64,000 bases of DNA from Octopus bimaculoides (taxonomy: Eukaryota), in contig NC_068984.1 in NCBI RefSeq assembly GCF_001194135.2, forward strand, positions 101,485,372 through 101,549,371, in the 5' to 3' direction. Both the position numbers and the translations under genes were made by a program. Positions 39,724-52,365 of this stretch are shown here, piece after piece; position 1 is the first letter of the stretch, and each line of letters opens with the position of its first letter. A model generated the notes under the pieces. That model was given only the letters and a program-made list of their open reading frames with translations, did no database searches and had not been told where the DNA came from.

Positions 39724-40727
39724 CTGAAAGAAATCCAAGGATTATTTTGAAATAAACTATTGTTATTTTCATACTAGCTGAAATGAAATGTTTGAGAGTA
39801 TCTGGGATTGGACAACCAGATCATGGCTTGTGAGTTGAAATCACTACAAAAAATGTTATTATTTGTGAACAAAATAGTTATTCTATAAAGGCTCCCCTTA
39901 TCAAGCTGCCAGTAATGCAACTATTGAAAGGCAGACAAAGATAAATTCAATGAGGATTTATTTTTCATCTACCATTTGTCATATTAATTAAAAAAGATAA
40001 ACTCTTAAAAATATCTTATGCCTCAGGGATTTATATACAGTTTAATAATTCTTATAAATCAAAAATTTTTAAATGAGCAAAACTATTAAGATGTAATGGC
40101 TTAACTGTTTTTATTCAAAATGTAAAACACAAAAGTATTTTAATGCAAAACACTGAGTGAAAGAATATGTAAAGTATCCAAACATTTGAAATAATATCTT
40201 AAAATTATCTAAAATAGTGCTCCAACATGTGATTATAGGCTGAATTGAAATATAATGTATCTGTTGCAAACTAAAATAATCCATGAAACATATCTTGTGA
40301 AACATATCTAGAAATAGTGGCCAAATGTTCCTTATACAGCACCCTACTATTTTGGGAAAAGAAAGAAAATACTAGTTTCAAATTTTGGCACAAGGCCAGC
40401 AAGTTCTTGGGAGGAGGTAAGTCGATTACATCAATACCCAGTGCTTGACTGGTACTTATTTTATCAACCCCAAAAGGATGAAAGGCAAAGTTGACCTCAG
40501 TGGAATTTTGTCTGGTGTGTTAATGATTCTACCAGCTCACCACCTTAAAAAAAAAGGAAATATTAGATAATGTAATGATTTTGCTTAAAGGAAAGGTCAT
40601 GGTTGGAACAACTTGGTTCCAAAGTTTGCTCAAAATGTCAGGTTTGATCTGGGTCTAAACAAGAATCCAAAGATTGAATGAACTAATAAGGATAAATATA
40701 TAACCAAATATTCAGCTGCAAACTTAC

Positions 40728-40864
40728 TCATTAACATCAGTGTGTTGAGAATATTTGACAGACATAAGAGCAACACGAAGATCACTATCAGCTAATATAT
40801 CTAAGAATGGTAAATATACGTTCTTCAGCTTTTTTGCTTGAAAATTTGGGCAAAGAGTTTGAAG
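40728..40864 (-). CDS. CFAP54: CFAP54 exon (LQTLCP...KLKNVYLPFLDILAD...)
   Basis: cttttcAG / GTAAGT junctions, 137 nt, phase 0-2. LKNVYLP matches recalled LKNIYLP. Confidence 0.9.
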
Positions 40865-41504
40865 CTGAAAAGAAATGAAAACGAATATTTAGAATAAAAA
40901 AATGCACATAATTTAAAAACTACATGTTTGCATTCTTAGATTAACATTTTATTACTAAAAATTGGTAATTTTATTATGTGATTAACAAATGTTCTATTAG
41001 TTTAACCCTTTAGCATTCAGGCTATTCTGTCAAATGTAATGCTTATATACTCACATTGTTTTTAATTAATCAAGTGTAATCTTGCAGTTTCAATATTTCA
41101 ATGATGTGATTGTTTATTTTTAGAATGACATTGTAGGGGAGGTGTGAGAGGCCAGATCTGGCCAATTTGATCATAAAATAGGTAGAATATTTGGGCCAGA
41201 TATGGCCATTTTAAATGCTGAAGGGTTCAAGAGTTCAGTTCAAGTCTTCCTATGTAGTTGGTAATAAAATACTTAGTGCATATTCTCTTTTACTCTTTTA
41301 CTCTTTTATTTGTTTCAGTCATTTAACTGCGGCCATGCTGGAGCACCACCTTTAGTCGAGCAAATCGACCTCAGGACTTATTCTTTGTAAGCCTAGTACT
41401 TATTCTATCAGTCTGTTTTGCTGAACCGCTAAGTTACGGGGATGTAAACACACCAGCATCGGTTGTCAAGCAATGTTGGTGGGGGGACAAACACAGACAC
41501 ACAA

Positions 41505-41546
<42 letters not shown>

Positions 41547-41697
41547 CTTCCTTTCTTTNNNNNNNNNNNNNNNNNNNNNNNNNNNNNNNNNNNNNNNNNN
41601 NNNNNNNNNNNNNNNNNNNNNNNNNNNNNNNNNNNNNNNNNNNNNNNNNNNNNNNNNNNNNNNNNNNCTTCAACTATTACTACCACCACAACTACTA

Positions 41698-41699
41698 TT

Positions 41700-41746
<47 letters not shown>

Positions 41747-41747
41747 T
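41698..41747. repeat. (AAT)n microsatellite; many (TA)n, (CA)n, (GA)n and (GAT)n tracts elsewhere
   Basis: Direct reading. Confidence 0.95.
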
Positions 41748-42191
41748 TAATTTGGTTTTAGTAAGGATTTCTGTATATAAAGAAAAAACAAAAATCACTA
41801 CCACCACCACTCTCAGCTTCACTCACACCACCAATGTCATCATCATCATCATCATCACCATCATCATCGTCATCACATCATCATACATATATACGACAGG
41901 CTTCTTTCAGTTTCTGTCTACCAAATCCACTTACAAGGCTTTGGTCGGCCCGAGGCTATAGTAGAAGATACTAACCCAAGATGCCACACAGTGGGACTGA
42001 ACCCGGAACCATGTGGCTGGTAAGCAAGCTACTTACCACACAGCCACTCCTGTGCCTATTCTGGTCACAGAAGAAAAAAATTTCTTAGTCTACCAAGATT
42101 TCAATCATTCTGTGACCATTTTAATGATATAAAACAATGGAAAACAGCATAAATAGCATTAGGAACAAAATTAACAGCAAAAATAACTTAC

Positions 42192-42371
42192 CTTATTTTC
42201 TACAAGTTCTTTCACTTTAACATAAACATTCAGGGCATACTGAGCTGTAAAAACACTCAGTGGTTCATTTGTTTTTATTTGGAGGTCAATTTGTAGCATT
42301 AGCAATCTGACCATTGTTTGCAAACCGGTGCTGGACAATTCAGAACATTGCTGTATGACACTGATACCTTT
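42192..42371 (-). CDS. CFAP54: CFAP54 exon (KGISVIQQ...KVKELVENK)
   Basis: tttctcAG / GTAAGT junctions, 180 nt, phase 0-0. Confidence 0.85.
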
Positions 42372-43649
42372 CTGAGAAATAGACAAGATTTAAACAAACA
42401 TCAGCTGACCCTTCAAAAAGACAATGCCAACATTTTATAGAGACTCACACACACATGCCCATGTATCTATATACAACACGTTTACAGTTTCTGCCAACCA
42501 ATTTTCACTTGCTAAAATGTACTGTACAAATGAGTGAAAAAAAGATGATAGTGAAATAAAATTTTTCCACCAGACAGCCATCACTGAGTTAACTAATATC
42601 TTGTGAGTGGAATATGGTAAGAAAAGCCTGAACAGAAACCCACTCTGAATGAAACAAAATATCTTTTGCTAGATTCATTGCTTCAATAAAATATATAGAC
42701 ACAGAGCTTTAATACTTTGAGTTCTTTTCTCTGAATGGCCTTACCATGTTCCTCTGAACATGTTGCTCCCCACCCCCGGTTTTGTGTGTGTGTGTGTGTT
42801 ATTTAGATTCTCTTTGCTTGAAGTTTCATTGGTGTAAATCAAATATCTAACTCATTGGATACCTTGGGAAAAGAGTCCCATTGTGGAGACGTGTAGCCTG
42901 ATGGTTAGGGTGATGAACTCATGATCATAAGATTGTGGTTTCAATTCCTCGACCAGGCGACACATTGTGTTCTTGAGCAAAACATTTCATTTCATGTTGC
43001 TCCAGTTCACTCAGCTGGAAAAAAAAAATGAGTAATCCTGCAATGGATTGGTGTCCCATCCAGGTGGAGAACATATATGCCATGGAAACCAGGAAACCAG
43101 CCCTTGTGAGATGGCATAACTCAAGAAGGTAGCAAGGTAGCTTTTTTTCAGAATGGAGTGTAATAGAAGAAAAAAATATAGCTTCAAAATGAGAATAGCT
43201 GGGAGGGGGGGGCAACAATGGTCAGTTCAGGTCATAGTTTTCTTGTTGTTCCATGTGGTAGAAGAGACAGCCTAGCACTACCAGTTGGTCTCCCACCTGT
43301 GGAGTTTAGCAGTTCAGCAACATTGGATGAGAATGTATGCATATTGCCATAGTTCCAGGTTACCAGTCTAGTGGTGCCATGCTACTTGTTAGTTTATTAT
43401 TAACATCAGATGAAAACGTGTACCCACTACACAGGTTGAGATAGTTATTTGATGTGTTAATTGGGGCAGTAATTGATGTACTTGTTGCTGGATGTTAGCA
43501 ATGGCACACAGGGCTGGTGGTTGGTAGGAAAAAAATGTAGTTTCACTATGACCAAGCAGGCATTATATAGCATTACCTACTCTGTATTTGGACCAGCTAG
43601 AGTTAAGATTACTTTTCAAATATAATTCCAATGTTTTGAAGTTCATTAA

Positions 43650-43870
43650 CCCTTTAGCATTTATATTTTTGTGTCAAATGTAATGTTTATTTATTCACAT
43701 TGTTTTGAATTAACCATGCATCATCTCAAAGCTTCAAGATTTCAATTATGTGACTGTTTTATTCTTAGAATGATATTGTAGGATAGCTGTGAGAGGCCAG
43801 ATCTAGTCAGTTTCAGTTCAAAACAGGGAGACTATTTTGGCCAGATATGGTCAGTTTAAATGTTAATGGG
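43650..43870. mobile_element. piggyBac-type MITE (same family at 23326-23541, 41006-41225, ~51185-51396; a second family at 31351-31567)
   Basis: TTAA|CCCTTTAGCA...GGG|TTAA termini; the internal sequence is shared between copies. Confidence 0.8.
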
Positions 43871-43959
43871 TTAACAGGGTGTGGGGTTTTTTTTTTCTGA
43901 TAGTAACAATGTAAACAGATTGGTTTTTCTGCTGATGGATACAATAGGCTGTTGTAACA

Positions 43960-45000
43960 TATGTGGTCTGATTAATAAGTATCAGGATTGTTGCCATAGT
44001 AACAAAGCTAAAGTATGGAGAGTGAAGCCGCTTGGCAGAGATTGACCTTGAACTCTGCTGTGCATGCACACTAAGTTTCAACATTCTAGCTCACTTCTGC
44101 TGTTTACAGCAGTATTTGGAAGTAACGTGTGTAATGTGTGATCATTGCATTGACCATGATGGAGTAAGTTGAGCAGAGAATCTGCATCAAATTTTGCCAA
44201 AAGCTTGGTGATACCTGCTCAGAGGTCTACACAAAGTTTTCAAAGAGTTTTCATCATTCTTGATACAATCAAGAACGTGTGAAACTGAAACCTGAGTATC
44301 TTTTTGATCAGTTGAAAGCAGTTTTGACACAAACTTGGCAGACATGCATCTCATATCCAAATTTTCAATGATAATGGACTGAACTGAACTGTAACCAATC
44401 TGCATATCTTCTGATAACTCATGGATGGTGATTCGACGATTTCCTCTCACAGTTGTACACATATCTGCAATGTTTATCTTAGTTCTACTGATTGCAGGTC
44501 TCCTAGAATGTTCACTATCGACATTTTTTCAGCCATCTTAGAAACATCTGAACCACTCATTACACTTGTGTGCAACTCATACACTACTCTCCATACTTTT
44601 TCTACAGCTTTGCGTAGGCCTCTGAGCAGGTCATTGCTCTGTCATGGTCAATGTGATGATCACACATTACACACGTTACTTCCAAGCATTGCTGTAAACA
44701 GGGAAGGTGAGCTAGAATGTTTAAAGTTAGTGTGCGTGCACAGCAGAGGTCAAGGTCAATCTGTACCAAGCAGCTTCACTCTGCATGCTTTAGCTTCGTT
44801 ATTATGGCAACAGTTCAGATACTTATTGCTGCACATCCCCTTCAGTCCAGCAGAAATGACCCAACCAGCAATAGCACATGCTTCTTCAACACAACAATGT
44901 TTTTTTCCGATGTTATTATTTTGACCAAAAAGGCTATTCAAGTGTTTAGTTGGGATGTTCTACCATGCACACCATATTCAACAATGATGTGGAGCTGAAA
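43960..45000. mobile_element. Rearranged mariner remnant
   Basis: RRITIHELSED..SVQSII..LDMR.MSAKFVSK on minus, WDVLP..PYS on plus, and inverted 5' ends. Confidence 0.8.
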
Positions 45001-45266
45001 ATATGACCCAATAAATTCTTCATGTTAAGACCCAATGGTTTCTACAAGCTAATGGAATGTTGGCAAGTAGTCATAAGCTATTATTAACTGATTTGTTTAT
45101 ATATATATTATATATTATTAACTGATTTGTTAAAATTGTTGATGGAAGTAAGGATTAAAAATAAATGGAAGAAAATAAATTAATCTGACAACCCAATATA
45201 TCTATTTTCCAATTCTTGCATTTACAGTGTCAAACAACTGAAAGATGGGCAAGACTTAAAACTTAC

Positions 45267-45442
45267 CTGACATATATCATTACAGGTCTTGGTACAATGT
45301 GTCGTTTTAAACTGATCCAGTACTTCCATATATATAAAATCAGCTTCTTTTTCAAAATCATTACAAATTTTAGCTTCCTGTTGTCCTTCCTGACAATACT
45401 GCATAACAGATGCCAATTCTGGTAGCAAAGGTTCACCAAATT
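45267..45442 (-). CDS. CFAP54: CFAP54 exon (EFGEPLLPEL...QEAKICND...NDICQ)
   Basis: cctatAG / GTAAGT junctions, 176 nt, phase 1-0. Confidence 0.85.
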
Positions 45443-45481
45443 CTATAGGAGGTGTTAGAAATATAAACATTTAAAAATTTA

Positions 45482-45608
45482 CAGTAGTCCCCTGGTATTC
45501 ACAGGGGTTATGTTCCTAGAGCACTCACAAATAGTGAAAAGCCGTGAATATTGGACGTGGTCCATAAAAATGCTTATAAATGTCAAAATGTAATGTAAAA
45601 TGTATATG

Positions 45609-45661
<53 letters not shown>

Positions 45662-47492
45662 TAATAATACTTTAATAAAAAGTAAAGTAAAATGTACAGT
45701 TACTCATCAATAATAAATGATATTGATTTCAAGTGATGATGATGAAAATAATGAAGGTAATGACAGCACAGCAAAGAAGATTTAAAGCTCTTCAGGTGAA
45801 GCCACTTTTTAAGGTGTTTTAAGGGATTGTTGTATCTTCATGCAAGGCTTTCTTGGTGGGCTTGAGGAACACTGTGATGGGAAGTTACTGTCGTTGTTTC
45901 TTCATGGTGGTGAGGAGAGTTTTATATGTCTGCATAGCAGCATTGATGGCATTTTTGAATTGGAGAGACCAAACCATATAGGGATCCCATGATTCTGCCT
46001 TCCCTTGCAATTCCTTTGCTGTCCTTCAAAGGTCAGACAGACCTTTGACTGCCACCTCATCTGCCTCTTCCTCTGGATCTGGTGCTTTCTCCTCCTCTTC
46101 GCTGGCAGACGTTGTTAACTTCAACAAATCTTCGTCTGTCAGGGTTTCAGAGTGGGCAGTGATGAGATTGTTGACCTCATCTTGCGTGATGTCACCAAAA
46201 CCTTCACCACCAAGTACCTTTGCCAGTTTCCCCACATGACTGACAGCCTCATGCTGAATATTTTCAGGTGAAAGGTAACAAGCTGGCAGAAACATTAGCA
46301 CACCAAGTGAAATGCTTAGTGATATTTCGTCTGTCTTTACGTTTTGAGTTCAAATTCCGCCAAGGTCAACTTTGCCTTTCATCCTTTCAGGGTCAATAAA
46401 TTAAGTACCAGTTGCATACTGAGTTGATCTAATTGACTGGCCCCTTTCCCCAAAATTTCCGGCCTTGTGCCTAGAGTAGAAAAGAATATTTTCAGGTGAG
46501 AAGCCCTCATAGTCCTGGACACGCACTGGCCACACCTTCTTCCAGCATGCGATGAGGGTTTCTTTTTTCATGTCTTTAAGAGCAGCGTGGATGACTTACA
46601 GGCAAATCGCAATCATGAAATTATGCCAGTACTCTTTTAACGTAAAATTCTCATCTGAATCCATTGCTTCCAGAAGGTGTTGGAGAGAGTTCTGAGTGTG
46701 AAGTGCCTTGAAGGCATGGATCATGCCTTGATCTATAGGCTGGATGAAGGAGGTGATGTTGGCAAGGAGGAACTCGAGTAGCACTCCCTCAAGATTCAAA
46801 TCTAAAGAGTGACCACCAGCATTATCCATAACAAGCAACACCTTGAATTCCATGCATACATTTTGGAGGTATTCCTTGGCTTGAGGGATGAAGCATTGGT
46901 GGAACCAATGCAAAGTTAGACTTTTGGTAATCCAGGCCTTGAGGTTATGCATCCAGTGGACAGGCAGCAGGTATTATTCTCATTTTTGAAGGTTTTCAGG
47001 TTCGCAGACTTGTAGATAAATCCTGGTTTCATCATGAAGCCAGCAGCATTGCCCACACATAAGTAGCATCACTTTGTCCTTCTGTGCCTTAAATCCTGGG
47101 TCTCTGGCTACATCCTTCATGATGTACGTTCTGGAAGGTATCTTCTCTCAGAATAAACCAGTCTCATCCATGTTGAAAACCTGTTCCAGCTTGTATTCTT
47201 TGTCCTCGATGGTCTGCCTGACGGTCTCAAGGTACTTCTTGGCTGCTTCTTTGTCAGCTGATGCTGTTTCTCCATGCAGGAAAACACACTTTATTTTAAA
47301 CTGTTTCTAGAAATGGTCAAACTATCCCTTGCTGGTTTGAAAATCTTCAGGCTCCAGTGCTGTTAATAGTCTTGTTGCAGTTCTTCAGTGCCTTCTGCCC
47401 CGTCTCCTCTGTCAAACTGCTGGTATAATTTCCATGCTTTCTCTTTGATCTTTCATCGCTAGCCCAAGTAATACTGGTGTGATACACTGTAA

Positions 47493-47530
<38 letters not shown>

Positions 47531-48213
47531 TCTTTTATTTGTTTCAGTCATTTGACTGAGGCCATGCTGGAGCACTGCTTTAGTCAAACAAATCAATCCC
47601 AGGACTTATTCTTTGTAAGCCTAGTAATTATTCCATCAGTCTCTTGTGTTGAACCACTAGATTATGGGGACGTAAACAATCAAGCGACATGATGTGCAGC
47701 TATTCTAACCAGAGGGAGCTACAACTGCAAAGGGTATCCAGTAAGCCAGCAAATACAGTATATTGTTATAAATAATTCAGCCTTAAAAAGTGTGAAAAAA
47801 TATATATTGCCACAAAAAAAGCCATAAAACTGTGGTGTTATGGGCTGTGATGAGCTATGTGGTGTTGGTGGAGAGGATTGCAAATGAGACAAGCAGAAGT
47901 GAAGACTGCAGGGGCCGGTGGAAGGGCCAGAGGAGCATGCATGGACACGGAGCACGTGTAGACAGTTCGAGCAGAGATGGCGCGTGTTAAAGGTCATGTT
48001 TTGATCTGGAGTGATCGCTCATCCCGCGATGGTCGACAGGTAAGGTCGCTGTATTCCTTTCTCCCTTTTGCTTCTTGTTCTGTTGTCTTTTTCCTCCATC
48101 ACGCCACAAGAACATTGTGCACAATATTCACAATTCCACAAATATGCGATGGTTTCTATGAATAATTATTAGTCCACGAATAACCGAGGCCACTAATAAG
48201 CAGGGGTAGACTG
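45482..48213 (-). mobile_element. Tigger/pogo DNA transposon, decayed, with nested SINEs
   Basis: CAGT..CCCCTG termini with TA TSD. DDE_1 motifs VLLVMDNAGGH, FIQPIDQG and VFNMDETGL region. Confidence 0.9.
46290..46490 (+). mobile_element. A further tRNA-head SINE family (also at about 2035, 21290, 40380, 56200 and 56660)
   Basis: tggcagaaacattag A-box-like, gagttcaaattc B-box, and shared body gactttgcctttcatcctt. Confidence 0.85.
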
Positions 48214-49468
48214 TATTTACATAAATAACTGTGATACAATTAATTTCACTCAAATAAGATAATATTTCCAAGAACTACAGGAATTTTTGTATTGTACAGT
48301 TGTTAACAAAGCAAACCCAAGATAGAATACTAATCAACTACTTGGTAATAAATCCATCAGCACCACCACTACTAGTATCCACAAGTGACATCTACATAAA
48401 AACAATACCTATGTAGTGAGTATCAAAAAGCTAATTAAATACAGGTATACTTCAAATTAACATAATTTTGAGTTATGTCTTCTTTTGCCTTTATGTCTAT
48501 TTTCAAGGCGTGTGGTTTGGAGGTTAGGGTATTTGGCTCATGATCATAAGATCATGAGTTCAATTCCTAGTGACACGTTGTGTCCTTCAGCAAGACACTT
48601 TATTTCACATTGCTCCAGTCCACTCAGCTGGCAAAAATGAGTAGAACCTGTATTTCAAAGGGCCAGCCTTGTCACACTCTGTGTCATGTTGAATCTCCCA
48701 GAGAACTACGTTAAGGGGACACATGTCTGTGGAGTGCTCAGCCACTTGCACATTAATTTCACAAGCAGGCTGTTTCATTGATCAGATCAAGTGGAACCCT
48801 CTTCATCATAACTGACAGAGTTCCAGTAGAAAACCAACCTCAGTTGATTTTACCCAACTTGAATAAAAGTTAAGTAATATATCTTTGAACCAACTACCGA
48901 TATAAGTTGAGCTGTGCCTGTACTTATGCAATGAGGAAAATATTAGTCAATATCATTTTAAATAATCTGACAGGTATATAAAACAACTCTGAACATGTTA
49001 TATAATCTCAGCAAATTGCAGACTTCACCATATTTGCCAAAGTAATTCTACTAAGTAGTGTACTTACACTGGCATAGAAATTTGGCATATTTTAGAGAAT
49101 AAATGATTCAGAGATGTCATCAATGACCATGCAACCATGTAGTGTAGATAGAGCAAGAAAGCCTAGCGGAGCCCATCCATCTCCAGGTTAAACTCATTTC
49201 TACAGCTTAGTGGACTGGAGCAACGTGACATGAAGTGTTTTGCTCAAGAACACAACAGATTTCCCGGTCCTGGAATCAAAACCACAATCTTACAATCATG
49301 TAAGTTAGTTATATATATGTAAGTTAGTTATATAGTTATTTATATTCTGAGATAGCCCAACACTCTAACCACTAAGCCACATTCCTCCACCACTCATCAT
49401 GAAATCCTATATTGACATTCTTAAACATATTTATAAATTTATCTAAAAGTAAAGCATTTTCTTTTTAC

Positions 49469-49647
49469 CTTTACAATGTTCTTCAAGTGGTACAAATGAG
49501 TTCATGCTTTTGACCAGCTGTAAACGACATTGTAACCACAGTGAAGATCCAATCTTTGATAAATGTTCCACATCAATTGTGTTGTGCAGAATGTTAGGTT
49601 TGGCCTCAGGTGCACTGCTTTCAGTGGTATTCTCTTGAGATTTGCTG
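49469..49647 (-). CDS. CFAP54: CFAP54 exon (SKSQEN...LWLQCRLQLVKS...EHCK)
   Basis: ctaaccacAG (tandem CAGCAG) / GTAAAA junctions, 179 nt, phase 2-1. LWLQCRLQLV matches recalled LWLRCRLALV. Confidence 0.85.
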
Positions 49648-50228
49648 CTGTGGTTAGAAAAAATTTGGCTTTACACAGCCAAGAAGTATCACTAGAGTGG
49701 CAGATTTGGTTAAGTGCAGTATGTAGTTATGTATATTCTGAGTTGAAATCCAAGCAGACTTTGCTTCGCTTCTCATCTATTTCATATTAATAGCAGGCTT
49801 GACTACATGGTAAGAAGTTTACTTCCCAACCACATGGTTCTGGGTTCAGTTCCACTGTGTGTCACCTTGGGCAAATGTCTTCTACTATAACCCAGGGCCA
49901 AGTAGATTTGGTAGACAGAAATTAAAAGAATCCTGTCATATATGTATATTCTTTTATTCTTTTACTTGTTTCAGCCATTTGACTGTGACCATGCTGGGGT
50001 ACTGCCTTGAAAGGTGTCAAACAAATCGACCCCAGGACTTTTTTTTAAAGCTGAACTGCTAAGTTACAATGACATAAACACACATCACTAGTTGTCAAGT
50101 AGTGATGGGAAACAAACACAGACACAAAGACACACACACACACACACACACACACACANNNNNNNNNNNNNNNNNNNNNNNNNNNNNNNNNNNNNNNNNN
50201 NNNNNNNNNNNNNNNNNNNNNNNNNNNN

Positions 50229-50267
<39 letters not shown>

Positions 50268-51639
50268 AAGGGCTTCTTTCAGTTTTTATCTACCAAATCC
50301 ACTTATAAGGCTTTGGTCGACCCAAGGTTATAGTGCAAGACACTTGTCCAAGGTGCCATGCAATGATACTGAATCCAGAACCATGTAGTTGGGAAGCAAG
50401 CTTCTTATCACACAGTCACACCTGCACCTATGTGTGTGTTTGTGTGTGTGTGTGTGTGTGTGAGTCGCAGTCGCCAAGCCTTGACATCATGTGAAAGTTG
50501 TAAATGAATGTTGCTATCATGCAAGTGGTGTCCTTCATTTAAAATCTTATGTAAAAACATGTCTGATCAAGGGAAAACATTACCTTACTTGAAAACAGGT
50601 GCAGGTCGGCAACAGGAAGAGCATACATTTGCAGGAAATCTACCTCAACAAATTCCATCCAACTCATACAAGCATGGAAAAATGGACATTAAGACAATGA
50701 CAAAGAGATCAAATAAATTAACCAGCTAGATCCCTTCCCTACAAATGCATTTTCATTCCACAGTAAAAAAAATCCTTATTTAATTATATACCAATTTATC
50801 GAGAAAGAAATGGTTGGAATATTATATCTAATTTCAGAGTTCATATACTGAAAATGAACTTTGGTTTGCATGCCTTTCTGAGATTTATAAACATAGATAA
50901 TATAATAGGGCTAACATTTAATTGGCAAAAACACATCTTGCTTACAAAATTTACATTATCCCCTTTAACTGCAAAATTAAATTTCATAATAATTCCACTA
51001 ATATCTACCAAGAAAATATAACTAGTATTTTTTGAAAGTCATATTGCATCAATAAACTTATCTCAATAAATAAAAAAAGATAAGTTTCAAAAATGACATT
51101 CCTCAACAAAATATAGATTGGTATACAAAGCTGCTTTCTGCAGTTAAGGGTAATAAAATTTTGAGTGGATATATTTGATTCCTGCAGTAAAACTGGTCAC
51201 ATCTGGCCCCAATATTTTAACTGTTTTTCCATTCAAACAGGCTAAAATTAGTCTCTTACACCTTCTACACAATGTCGTTCTTAAAACAAACAATCACATC
51301 ATTGAAATCTTGAAGCTACAAGGTAATGTGTGATAAATTCAAAATAATGTGAACAAATAAGCATTACATGACAAGAGTGATCTGACTGCTAAAGGGTTAA
51401 AGGAGAAATTGATGTTTTGCTTTCTTATTTTATCTTTTAAATCATTAAATCATTTTAACTGATGCAAATATATATTATAGTAGTTATTGCATTCACTTGA
51501 GTGACAGTGTAGGTATTGTACTAAAGTTGTTACAATAAAATATCTAATCCAACAAACTTCTATGTTAAAAATAATGATTTCATTGAAATAATCAATTGTT
51601 CTACTCACAAAATATAAGAAGATAATTAATTATTCTAAC

Positions 51640-51814
51640 CTTCTAAGAGATGATGGTATTACAGGTAAGTCTGGAAGTTTTAGTTGCTGCATGTGATTCA
51701 TGGTCTCACAGCAAAGCTTAGCAGCAAAATAAAACATATGTTTCTGTTGATAAATCCGAGAACGTTCTAAAGCGCATTTTATTTTCATATCAATATGAAA
51801 AGCAGGAAAACTTT
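51640..51814 (-). CDS. CFAP54: CFAP54 exon (SFPAFHIDMKIKCALERSRIYQQKH...SSLR)
   Basis: cttttgtAG / GTTAGA junctions, 175 nt, phase 1-2. Confidence 0.8.
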
Positions 51815-52365
51815 CTACAAAAGAAAAAGAAACATATATTATAGGGAGAGAGAGAGAGAGGGAGAGAGAGAGAAGCAGAGACAGACAGACCGACAAATTA
51901 AAATTACAAAAATATAGATTATATATTGTTGAATTGTTGATATTATGTAGGGTACTATAGGTAGCCATAAATATTTGGTGGGTGCCATAGGCAAACATAA
52001 GTAAATGACTGTAATAGCTCATGCAAAATGTCTCAATTTCATTGAAAACAAATTGTAAAATATTGAATGGAAATGATTCAATCCTTTGCCTATCCTGTGT
52101 ATTACATGTTTCTCTGGCACCTATGCAACGTATATGATACGCATTCACCGCTTTTTTCATACACCAGAGTAATTCAGGATTTATGAAAGGAAAGCCTTAT
52201 ATTACTAAAAATATGTGAAATGAGGAATAATTACATGTTTGAAAACAAGCATGGACATTTAGGACAAAGTTATGAAAATGCTTTAGACCAACAAAAAAGA
52301 TTAATGTAATCTAACCAGTTTTGCTTTAAAACATTTTTGGTAATAAATGAATTAATAATAATGAC

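Noticed and set aside
51630-52160. 176-aa ORF as a single CDS
   Set aside because: Only 51640-51814 has splice signals and CFAP54 similarity; the rest crosses a (CT)n tract and intron-like sequence.
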